Origin: Hadesarchaea archaeon DG-33
GTDB taxonomy: Archaea; Hadarchaeota; Hadarchaeia; Hadarchaeales; Hadarchaeaceae
Reading direction: 5' to 3'
Assembly: GCA_001515185.1 (NCBI GenBank)
Contig: LQHI01000049.1
Location: 3,263 to 27,262, forward strand
Length of the DNA: 24,000 bases
Part shown: one piece after another, positions 7,006-14,464 of the stretch
Numbering within the stretch: the stretch's first letter is position 1
Layout of the letters: each line of letters opens with the position of its first letter
Position numbers and translations under genes: made by a program
The notes under the pieces: generated by a model
What the model was told of the DNA's origin: nothing
Seen by the model: only the letters and a program-made list of their open reading frames with translations
Database searches by the model: none

Positions 7006-7666
7006 ATGGCACGAGGATCCCCATACAAAATTCACAACGGATGGTCCGGTATAATGAACAAATTGTCCGTAGCCGAGATTATCGGAGCTGCCTTGGTGGC
7101 TGATCTTGCAGTTTCTTTCTCAACCGGAACGCTTGTTGGTGGCAATGTTTTGGAATATACGAGTCAAAAATTAGGTGGAGCCAACGTTCTGCCAGATAAT
7201 ATACAGTATCAGCGACCTAGTAAACCAGTTTCTCTACAAGAAGCTAAGGAAAAGGGCCCATACTTCCGAATGCCTTCCTACCTCTCTGAGGGAGTAACAG
7301 TAAAGGAGGTAAGAATACTGGAAGTCTTCGGAGGATACTTGGATGTTATAGTTGATCTATCTTCGGAGAATGAAATCGGTTATCTATACCCGGCCTTGGC
7401 CTACTATGGACGAGAAAAAAGTGCAGGAGTTCATAAGCACGGGATACAATGACGTGACTCCAAAAATAATCAGAATAAATGGAAACGTGGGGTTTGCTAT
7501 CGAGTACGGGAATATTGACTCGGAGACTGGGAGAATTATTCCTGCGACCGTAAGCTGGTTTGATGGGATTATTAGTTACGGCTGGTTTGATGAGACTATT
7601 AATTACCGTATTACAGGAGAACTCCCACTAGAATATCTAATGAAAATGGCTAGGTCAATATACTAA
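7006..7666 (+). pseudogene. Membrane-anchored extracytoplasmic protein of unknown function, apparently split by a +1 frameshift at an A6 run (7415-7420)
   Basis: ORFs 7006..7452 (frame 1) and 7352..7666 (frame 2) overlap. The N-terminal TM is LSVAEIIGAALVADLAVSF. Frame 1 reads sensibly up to ...PALAYYGREK, and frame 2 reads sensibly from (K)VQEFISTGYNDVTPKIIRINGN...ELPLEYLMKMARSIY. Skipping one A in gagaaaaaagtg joins them. Alternatively these are two overlapping genes, with the second starting at ATG 7406. Confidence 0.5.
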
Positions 7667-7703
7667 TTCCTTCCCTACTTCTTCCCCGTAACTCGTTTAC
7701 AAC

Positions 7704-7866
7704 TAGTTTTTCGTTTGGTTTGATCGTTACCACCACATTTTTCTGACAATAATCAACAAATTCTAACGATACATAAAAATATAAAGTTAACTAATATTAA
7801 CAAAAAATAACCCAAACTTTGCTAAAAATTAACAAAAAGGCTGGCAATCTTTGTTAGAATTTGTAA
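7704..7866. repeat. Direct-repeat copy B (~160 bp), carrying a degenerate remnant of the HNH gene 5' end
   Basis: Homologous to 6744-6904. The minus strand reads TTG TTG ATT ATT GTC AGA AAA ATG TGG TGG TAA (LLIIVRKMWW*), compared with MLVIVRKGEVV in copy A. There are perfect 12-bp inverted repeats acaaattctaac (7756-7767) and gttagaatttgt (7853-7864). Confidence 0.8.
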
Positions 7867-7881
7867 ATTGTAAAATGCCGT

Positions 7882-8898
7882 CTAGCAAATTCTAGGTGCT
7901 GGGTCCCCGATTGGCGACTCCAGCAGGCGCCGCCCACCGACAATCGTTTCAAGCATAACGTCGCCAGGGTGGTCAGTTATTACTTCCCCTATCTCACACG
8001 CTCCCTTCCCGTACTTGGTTTTTCGTATTGCGGCTAGGACATCATCACAGCGCCCGGATTCAACCCCGATTACGGCTTTTCCCTCGTTCGTTATCTGGAG
8101 CGGATCTATGCCGAGCATCTCGCTCATCGACTTGACTGCGGGCAAGAAGGGGATATCGGCTTCTCTTACGAGAATCCCGACATTTGCCTTCGAGGCCATA
8201 TCGTTGAGTGCGGCTGCTAAGCCTCCGCGGGTTGGGTCTTTCATCGCTGTTATTCCGCCGACCTTTAGTGCGGCTTCGATAGTCTCCCAAATAGGTGCGA
8301 TGTCCGAGCGGAGGTCGACGTCAGCACCAATGCCTTCCCGGTGGGCCATAATCGTGATGCCGTGGTCCCCGATTGTCCCCGTTGTAATGATTTTGTCTCC
8401 TGGTTTGAGTCCGTGGTCGGTCACCAAAGTTTCAGCCACGCCAATTCCCGTACTTGTAAGCACCGCACCGTCGAGCGCGCCCCGCTCCATCACCTTTGTG
8501 TCACCGGTTATCAGCGGGACTTTCGCCTCTCTCGCGGTGGCGTCTATCGATCGACAAATTTTTCGGAAATCTTCGACCAAAAATCCCTCCTCGAGTACGA
8601 CGGCACAGGCCATCGCGAGCGGTCGGGCTCCCATCACCGCGAGGTCGTTGACGGTGCCTGCGATCGCGAGCTTGCCGATGTCGCCCCCCGGGAAGAAAAG
8701 CGGCTTGATGGTGTGGGAATCGGTCGTCAGCACGAGGGTTTTATCACCAATCGATATCGTCGCGCCGTCGTCAAGCTCATCAAGTCCTATTTCTCCCGCG
8801 CGCTTCAGTGAGAGCTCCTTGAGAGCGACGTCCACGATGAGCTTCATCATCGCTTTGCCGCCAGCACCGTGGGCTAGCGAGATTTTTTCGTCCGACAT
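7882..8898 (-). CDS. hypE: [NiFe]-hydrogenase maturation protein HypE (carbamoyl dehydratase)
   Basis: 338 aa with a PurM-like fold (LAHGAGGKAM...DDGA...TTDSH). It ends in the diagnostic C-terminal PRIC. Confidence 0.93.
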   Translation of the reverse strand: MSDEKISLAHGAGGKAMMKLIVDVALKELSLKRAGEIGLDELDDGATISIGDKTLVLTTDSHTIKPLFFPGGDIGKLAIAGTVNDLAVMGARPLAMACAVVLEEGFLVEDFRKICRSIDATAREAKVPLITGDTKVMERGALDGAVLTSTGIGVAETLVTDHGLKPGDKIITTGTIGDHGITIMAHREGIGADVDLRSDIAPIWETIEAALKVGGITAMKDPTRGGLAAALNDMASKANVGILVREADIPFLPAVKSMSEMLGIDPLQITNEGKAVIGVESGRCDDVLAAIRKTKYGKGACEIGEVITDHPGDVMLETIVGGRRLLESPIGDPAPRIC

Positions 8899-9266
8899 TC
8901 TCGCACCTCCTTCTTTTCCAATTTTACATCAACGATTTCAAGTTCCTGACCCGAAGTGAGGGACAGTTCATGCCCGCCGCATTTTGGGCAGGGGATTCCT
9001 AGCTCGGGTTCGGGAATGTGGGTATCGATGGAGCTAGCGTTGCCCACGTATCCACATCTGCATTTGATCGTAATCGGTACTCGGGAGATGTTAAATTTCG
9101 TTGAGTTGAATTCATCCCCCCCAAGTTTATTTAACCATAACTGCAGGGAGTTCGGCTCGTTTATCTCGCCCACCCGCAGGTTCACTTCCAACACCCGCGC
9201 ACCGTGCTCGGTCGCTATCTGACGGACGGTGTTTAACACACGCGTCGCGAGCTCTATTTCATGCAC
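8874..9266 (-). CDS. hypA: [NiFe]-hydrogenase nickel-insertion protein HypA
   Basis: The track ORF (to 9452) is over-extended. The GTG at 9266 gives (M)HEIELATRVLNTV, the canonical HypA N-terminus. The zinc site is CRCGY...CPKCGG. The start overlaps the hypC stop by 8 nt, and the 3' end overlaps hypE by 25 nt. Confidence 0.85.
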   Translation of the reverse strand: MHEIELATRVLNTVRQIATEHGARVLEVNLRVGEINEPNSLQLWLNKLGGDEFNSTKFNISRVPITIKCRCGYVGNASSIDTHIPEPELGIPCPKCGGHELSLTSGQELEIVDVKLEKKEVRECRTKKSR

Positions 9267-9486
9267 CGCTTTCACCCGCAGCGACCTCTTCCCACGCACT
9301 GAGTATTTCTTTTGCTTTTGCCTCGTCGAGAATCTGGATGGCGTACCCAACATGGACGAGTACGTAATCGCCATCGCGTACGTTTCTGAGCAAGTCCAGC
9401 TTAACCTCCCGCCGCGTACCACCGAAGTCAACAGTCGCAATTTGCTCTTCAATTTTCAACACTTTACCTGGAATCGCGAGGCACAT
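9259..9486 (-). CDS. hypC: [NiFe]-hydrogenase maturation chaperone HypC
   Basis: 75 aa with the N-terminal MCLAIPGKV hallmark (essential Cys2) and an OB-fold-like remainder. Confidence 0.9.
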   Translation of the reverse strand: MCLAIPGKVLKIEEQIATVDFGGTRREVKLDLLRNVRDGDYVLVHVGYAIQILDEAKAKEILSAWEEVAAGESGA

Positions 9487-9550
9487 TCGACTTCCCCTTC
9501 AGCCATCTTAATTAGATTAACCTTTTCAATACTTATGGAGTTTATGTATT

Positions 9551-10255
9551 GTGACTTTCATGCCGGCGAAGTTCGATTTTCACACCCACACGCTCTACTC
9601 GGACGGCGCGAGCACAGTTGCGTTGATGGTTGAGGCAGCGGAGGCGCGGGGATTGGAGGCTATTGCCCTAACCGACCACGGGTTCGAGCTGAGCATGGGC
9701 ATCCCTCGAGAGAAACTAGCCTCCATGCTGCGGGACATTGAGATAGCACGCGAAGACGCGGGAATCCAAGTGCTGGCCGGGATTGAGGCGAATGTGGTGG
9801 ACGAGTGGGGAACGATCGATGTCAACGACGAGTCCAGCCGAAAGCTCGACATCTTGTTGGTCAGCATCCACAGGCTGGGCAGGGCAAGAAACCCAACCGA
9901 GATAGCTAGGGATTACCTGATGAGGGCGACGAACGCGATCGAGCACCACAAGTTTGACGTTTTTGTCCACCCGTTTTATTTTCATCACTACTTAGCACCC
10001 CACCTTTTACCGGAAGACCTCGAGGATTTCGTGAGGCTCGCGGCGGGACATGAGGTCGCGATGGAGATTAACATAAAATATCGGACACCCGATGAGGAGT
10101 TCTTGAGGCTCTGCTTGCGCGAGGGGGTCAAGCTGAGCGTGGGAACAGATGCCCACACCCCTGGTGAGGTTGGCAGGGTCGATTGGGCGCTTGGGGTACT
10201 CAGGCGCTTAGGGGCGAAGCGTGAAGATCTAATTTTGGACAGCTTTTTAAGGTGA
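9551..10255 (+). CDS. PHP-domain metal-dependent phosphoesterase (histidinol-phosphatase-like)
   Basis: 234 aa. The PHP His/Asp motifs are FDFHTHTLYSDG, AIALTDHG, SIHR and GTDAHTP. The start is ambiguous (GTG 9551 or ATG 9560). The stop lies 4 nt before the hycI-like gene, whose SD (aggtgagg) sits inside the PHP 3' end. Confidence 0.8.
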   Translation: MTFMPAKFDFHTHTLYSDGASTVALMVEAAEARGLEAIALTDHGFELSMGIPREKLASMLRDIEIAREDAGIQVLAGIEANVVDEWGTIDVNDESSRKLDILLVSIHRLGRARNPTEIARDYLMRATNAIEHHKFDVFVHPFYFHHYLAPHLLPEDLEDFVRLAAGHEVAMEINIKYRTPDEEFLRLCLREGVKLSVGTDAHTPGEVGRVDWALGVLRRLGAKREDLILDSFLR

Positions 10256-10259
10256 GGAC

Positions 10260-10739
10260 ATGCCACTTGAGCTTTCATCTTTCCTGAAGGGTGCAGACCG
10301 CGTGGCGATTGTCGGCGTTGGAAGTGGGATGCGGGGGGACGATGCAGCTGGAATCGAGGTCGTGCGCGGGCTGAGGCATAAGCTCAAGTCGTCAAAGGTA
10401 CTTTTGGTCGAGGGCGGGGTGGCGCCGGAGAACTTCACCTCGCATATCAGACGATTCGAACCCTCCCACGTGATTTTTATCGACGCAACCGATTTCGGTG
10501 CTGAACCTGGCGAAGTGATTTTAGCGGAGCCCGAGGTCATCACCGGCCAGTCCATCTCCACCCACACCCTCCCGCTTTCCATACTCGCGGGTTACCTTCG
10601 AGAACAGACGAGGTCGAAAATAATGCTTCTGGGAATTCAACCGGCACGGGCGCAGATGGGCGCGGAGATGAGTGAGCCGATAAAGGACGCGATTGAGAAA
10701 GTCAATGAAGCTTTGATGAGGGAACTTAGCTCATTTTAG
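10260..10739 (+). CDS. hycI: [NiFe]-hydrogenase maturation endopeptidase (HycI/HybD family)
   Basis: 159 aa. VAIVGVGSGMRGDDAAGIEV and HVIFIDATDFGAEPGEV...STHTLP match the metal-binding Asp/His signature of hydrogenase C-terminal proteases. Confidence 0.85.
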   Translation: MPLELSSFLKGADRVAIVGVGSGMRGDDAAGIEVVRGLRHKLKSSKVLLVEGGVAPENFTSHIRRFEPSHVIFIDATDFGAEPGEVILAEPEVITGQSISTHTLPLSILAGYLREQTRSKIMLLGIQPARAQMGAEMSEPIKDAIEKVNEALMRELSSF

Positions 10740-10765
10740 CTTGTTTCGAGCATGACACACGTGTA

Positions 10766-11092
10766 TCATTCGGACTTAGCTTGTTGTATATCATAGGTCG
10801 CGAGTTCAAATTCCCTCGTCATGATGATCGCGCGCGTCGGGCAGGCCTCAGCGCACTCACCGCAGAAGACGCACCGTCCAAGCCATATACTCGGTTTTTT
10901 CGTCTCCTTGTTTACGGTTATCGCTCGGACGGGACAGGTTCTGATGCAAAGCCAGCATCTAATGCACCGCTCCTTATCAATGGATGGGCGCCCACGGTAT
11001 CCCTCGGGGGGCTCGACCCGCACGTAGGGGTACTTCACCGTGGCGGGTCTGCGAAAGAGGTTTCGGAGCACCTGAGGGAGTATTCGGGGCAT
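10766..11092 (-). CDS. mbhN: Mbh subunit N, NuoI-like 2x[4Fe-4S] ferredoxin subunit
   Basis: 108 aa with CIRCWLCIRTCP and CVFCGECAEACP. It is the last gene of the operon, in the same position as P. furiosus mbhN. Confidence 0.85.
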   Translation of the reverse strand: MPRILPQVLRNLFRRPATVKYPYVRVEPPEGYRGRPSIDKERCIRCWLCIRTCPVRAITVNKETKKPSIWLGRCVFCGECAEACPTRAIIMTREFELATYDIQQAKSE

Positions 11093-12046
11093 CTAGGGCA
11101 CCACCAGCACGAGCACTAGGCTGATTATAGCGAGAAGCGCAACGTACGTCCAGAAGAATTTAAGAGCTTGGTCGATGCGCAGACGGGCCATGATGTTCCG
11201 GAGAGTCGTCGTCAGCAGCACGATCGCGAGGGTTTTGATGAGGAAATCGACGACGCCCGGGATTTGAATATTGCCAATCAAATAAGCCGTTGGTCCACCG
11301 AAGAAGAGGGCGGCAAGAAAACCAGCGACCACGATTGTTTCAACGTCATAGGCGAGGCGCCAAATCGCTAGCCTCGGCCCTGAGTACTCGGTCAAAGGTC
11401 CCGCCACGATTTCGGTGTGAGCTTCAGGGATGTCAAAGGGCACGCGCAAGAGCTTTCCCTGAGCGGCTATAAGCGCAGCGATTACCGCGGGCAGGAGGCG
11501 CCAGTCGAGGACGAGCCACCCTTGCTGGGCCTGGTAGCCCACGATCGTCGGCAGGCCGAGGGATCCAACCCTAACTACCGCAGCGATGATCGCAAGGATG
11601 AATATGAACTCATAGCTGAATAGCTGGACGACGTAGCGCCCTGCCCCGGCCGCGCCGAATGGGCTTCCCGATGAGTAACCGCCCAGCATCATGCAGATTG
11701 CCGGGATGTTGAGCAGGTAGATAATGACGATCAAATCCGCAACCAGCGTCAGCGCGGGCTGGGCCGAGTTAATTGGCAAGAGAAGCATCACCGTGACCAC
11801 CGCCCCCAGCGCAACCAGCGGCGCGGCGGTGAATACGGGCGACTGTGCGGCAGCAGGGGTAATATCCTCTTTGCTCAGCAGCTTGCCCACATCAAGGAAC
11901 TCCTGCCATATCGGGGGCCCTATGCGGTGCTGCATGTGTGCAGTTACCTTTCGATCGATTCCAATGTAGAGTAGTCCAATGAGAGAAGCAAAGAGGAGCC
12001 CTGGAAAGACGAGGGAGCCCAAGATAAAATTGACTACCTCCATCAT
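11093..12046 (-). CDS. mbhM: Mbh subunit M, NuoH/HycD-like integral membrane subunit
   Basis: About 317 aa and polytopic. It has HRIGPP and RVPFDIPEAHTEIVAGPLTEYSG (the NuoH signature). The ATG at 12046 forms an ATGA overlap with the mbhL stop and follows an aggaggtgg SD. The track start at GTG 12055 is an alternative. Confidence 0.88.
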   Translation of the reverse strand: MMEVVNFILGSLVFPGLLFASLIGLLYIGIDRKVTAHMQHRIGPPIWQEFLDVGKLLSKEDITPAAAQSPVFTAAPLVALGAVVTVMLLLPINSAQPALTLVADLIVIIYLLNIPAICMMLGGYSSGSPFGAAGAGRYVVQLFSYEFIFILAIIAAVVRVGSLGLPTIVGYQAQQGWLVLDWRLLPAVIAALIAAQGKLLRVPFDIPEAHTEIVAGPLTEYSGPRLAIWRLAYDVETIVVAGFLAALFFGGPTAYLIGNIQIPGVVDFLIKTLAIVLLTTTLRNIMARLRIDQALKFFWTYVALLAIISLVLVLVVP

Positions 12047-13194
12047 CCCTTCCACCTCCTGAGTTCTTTAAAGCTCAGGACACGCGTTTTACCGGTGTGT
12101 GAGTCCACTAGGGCGACGCGATCGGTGCAAGCAAAGCAAGGATCTATGCTTGCCAGAACGATTGGGATCTCTGCAACCGTCCCGCCCACGAACATAGGTT
12201 TGAACGATGGGATGTTGGCGTAAGTTGGAGTTCGAACGCGCACGCGCTCAGGTTTATCTGTGCCATTCGAGATTGCGTAATAGAGTAGTTCTCCTCTTGG
12301 GGCCTCTACGCGCCCAATAGCTTCGTTGGGTTCAATTTTTGGAGTAATTTTCGCCCGCAATGGCCCTTTGGGCAGAGCCTTGACCGCTTGGCGGGTTATG
12401 TGAATAGATTCCAAGATTTCGCGAAGCCTAACGATGACCTTGGCCAAAACGTCTCCATCCGGCTCAGTTATCACGTCGAACGAAATTTGGCCATAGGCAT
12501 CATAAGGATCATCTCTCCTTATATCAATGTCGACACCCGAAGCACGGGTGGTTGGGCCCACAGCGCACAGTTTTTTCGCATCATCTTTTGGCAGCACGCC
12601 GATACCCGCACAACGGGCCAAAATCGTGCGATCTGAAGTGCAAATGTTGATATATTGTTCGGTTGCCTTTTCGAGCTTCTCAAGTGTCCTTAGTATCTTG
12701 GGAACATATTCCGGTTTCACGTCGCGCCTTACCCCACCCAAGGTGTTTGATGCTGAGGTTTGACGATTTCCAGAGATCATCTCTTTCAAGTCAAGCACGA
12801 GCTCACGATCGCGCCAGAATAACATGAACAGAGTATCAAAGCCTATCTCGTGGGCAGCTATCCCAGCCCAAAGCATGTGACTATGGATGCGCTCGAGCTC
12901 GCATAGGATGGTTCGAATGAAACGTGCCCGATCAGGAACTTCGATGCCGGCAAGTTGTTCGATTGTTTGACAGTAGGCCGTCGTGTGAGCAACGTTGCAT
13001 ATACCACAGATTCGCTCGGAGAGGTAGATATTGTGCAGGTAGCTTCGCTCCTGCAGCGCGCGCTCGATGCCGCGGTGCACGTAGCCCAAGCGGACATCGA
13101 AGTCAACGATCTCCTCGCCCTTGACCTCGAACCTGAAGTACTCAGGCTCTTTTAGCGCCGGATGCTGAGGACCTATTGGCACGACAAACGTCAT
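12043..13194 (-). CDS. mbhL: Group 4 [NiFe]-hydrogenase large (catalytic) subunit, NuoD-like
   Basis: 383 aa. The N-terminal Ni-Fe ligand motif is RICGICNVAH and the C-terminal one is DPCFACTDR. These are followed by a 24-residue tail (VALVDSHTGKTRVLSFKELRRWKG). Confidence 0.93.
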   Translation of the reverse strand: MTFVVPIGPQHPALKEPEYFRFEVKGEEIVDFDVRLGYVHRGIERALQERSYLHNIYLSERICGICNVAHTTAYCQTIEQLAGIEVPDRARFIRTILCELERIHSHMLWAGIAAHEIGFDTLFMLFWRDRELVLDLKEMISGNRQTSASNTLGGVRRDVKPEYVPKILRTLEKLEKATEQYINICTSDRTILARCAGIGVLPKDDAKKLCAVGPTTRASGVDIDIRRDDPYDAYGQISFDVITEPDGDVLAKVIVRLREILESIHITRQAVKALPKGPLRAKITPKIEPNEAIGRVEAPRGELLYYAISNGTDKPERVRVRTPTYANIPSFKPMFVGGTVAEIPIVLASIDPCFACTDRVALVDSHTGKTRVLSFKELRRWKG

Positions 13195-13616
13195 TTCTTA
13201 GCCTCCTTGCGTAGCGGGTACACCCCTGCAGGCCAATCATCGGCTAGGAATAGTCTGCGTGGGTCGGGATGCCCTTCTACTTTAACGCCTAGCATTTCCA
13301 TGAGGTCACGTTCGTAAAGGATTGCTCCAGGAAAAATGTCGGTGATAGTTTGCACTTTTGGCGTGCTTTTCGGTAGGTTGAGCTTGAGGCTAAGCAAGGC
13401 CGGTCTACAATCGAGGTGATAAACCACGGTGATCGCATCGCCGCGGTCGACACCCGAAATTGTCGACAGGTGTTGCACATCTCGTTGTTTTAAGGCGAGC
13501 ATGGCGGCCCTGCAGCGCTCCTCATCTGTCGTGGCAAACACACGTCGCACATTCTCGATTTTTATCTCATCGACGTACTCCTTGATGACTTCTGCAACTT
13601 CGTTTGCTTTCATCAT
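13191..13616 (-). CDS. mbhK: Mbh subunit K, NuoC-like
   Basis: 141 aa. LSTISGVD....VVYHL...FPGAILYERDLMEMLGVKVEGHPD is the NuoC/HycE-N signature. It has ATGA overlaps at both ends. Confidence 0.88.
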   Translation of the reverse strand: MMKANEVAEVIKEYVDEIKIENVRRVFATTDEERCRAAMLALKQRDVQHLSTISGVDRGDAITVVYHLDCRPALLSLKLNLPKSTPKVQTITDIFPGAILYERDLMEMLGVKVEGHPDPRRLFLADDWPAGVYPLRKEAKK

Positions 13617-14029
13617 TTCAACCTCGCTAAGGCTTTGACGAGTCCATCGATAATCGCCTCAGGTTTGGGTGGACAGCCCGGCACGTAGGCGATGACGGGT
13701 ATATGCTTGTCGAGGGGCCACACTACGTTGTAGCAGTCGTGGAACACGCTGCCAGATGCAGGGCAGGAGCCAATCGCAACGACAGCCTTTGGCTCGGGCA
13801 TCTGCTCGTAAATTCTGATGAGCCTCGGTAAACACTGCTTCGTGATCGGTCCTGTCACGACCAAGATATCGGCATGTCTTGGCGTGCCCTTTGCCAGCAT
13901 CCCGAAGCGCTCGATATCGTAGCGCGGCGTAAGCGCAGCAACGACCTCGATACTGCAACCGTTGCAGCTGCCAGTGTCGAAGTGCAGTAGCCAAGGGGAT
14001 TTTTTCCTAAATAATCGAATTAGTCCCAT
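13613..14029 (-). CDS. mbhJ: Mbh subunit J, NuoB-like hydrogenase small subunit ([4Fe-4S])
   Basis: GSCNGCSIE...GSCPASG...VPGCPP are the NuoB cluster ligands. I place the start at ATG 14029 (MGLIRLFRKKSPW), preceded by a ggtgag SD and 4 nt after the mbhI stop. The track ORF starts at 14062. Confidence 0.88.
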   Translation of the reverse strand: MGLIRLFRKKSPWLLHFDTGSCNGCSIEVVAALTPRYDIERFGMLAKGTPRHADILVVTGPITKQCLPRLIRIYEQMPEPKAVVAIGSCPASGSVFHDCYNVVWPLDKHIPVIAYVPGCPPKPEAIIDGLVKALARLK

Positions 14030-14033
14030 GAGC

Positions 14034-14369
14034 TCACCACAACACCACCGCGATTGCTGCAAGGATGATGATTAGGCCGACCACCACCCAGAAGAGGTAG
14101 GTGCTCAAGATGCCTGTGTGCCCAGGGCGCACATAGCGGTAAAATGGTCCGAAGACGCGGCGGATGGGCGAGAAGAACAGCTCGCTGTCCGCATGGACCT
14201 CTTCAGCCTCAAGCAACTCACCACAGGCATAGGTCTGGACCTTTTGATCGCTGGGTTTTGCCTTAGTGATTCTTCGTCCACCGATTAGAATGAGCCATGT
14301 TACCGCGACGATGAGCAGAAGCGCGGCGGTTGCAATTATGGGACCCCAGAACCCAGGCCCGAATTCCAT
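14034..14369 (-). CDS. mbhI: Mbh subunit I, small two-TM membrane subunit
   Basis: 111 aa with hydrophobic helices at both ends (IIATAALLLIVAVTWLILIGG; LFWVVVGLIIILAAIAVVLW). Size and position match P. furiosus MbhI. Confidence 0.7.
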   Translation of the reverse strand: MEFGPGFWGPIIATAALLLIVAVTWLILIGGRRITKAKPSDQKVQTYACGELLEAEEVHADSELFFSPIRRVFGPFYRYVRPGHTGILSTYLFWVVVGLIIILAAIAVVLW

Positions 14370-14464
14370 TAGCTACCCCCCAGCTTGTTCATGTTCGACC
14401 TCATGCTTTACCACTCCTTTTGACTTAGATTTTTCATGATTATTTTTAAATTTTGATTTATCAC

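Noticed and set aside
4646-7870. Calling the AT-richer patch an integrated virus, plasmid or transposon
   Set aside because: No integrase, transposase, replication or capsid gene and no tRNA-associated att site are visible. The direct repeats flank only one small gene. I report it as an accessory/candidate module, not as a defined mobile element.
8015-8959. 314-aa plus-strand ORF, and smaller ORFs, overlapping hypE
   Set aside because: It is antisense to HypE, which has the diagnostic PurM-like motifs and C-terminal PRIC. Its S/P/A-rich composition is typical of shadow ORFs in GC-rich genes.
12043-13194. Alternative reading of the operon as an Mbx/Mbs-type sulfane reductase or a complex-I-like (Nuo/Fpo) module
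   Set aside because: The NuoD-like subunit retains both Ni-Fe-ligating CxxC pairs and a cleavable C-terminal tail, with hyp genes and a maturation protease adjacent. It is therefore a genuine hydrogenase.
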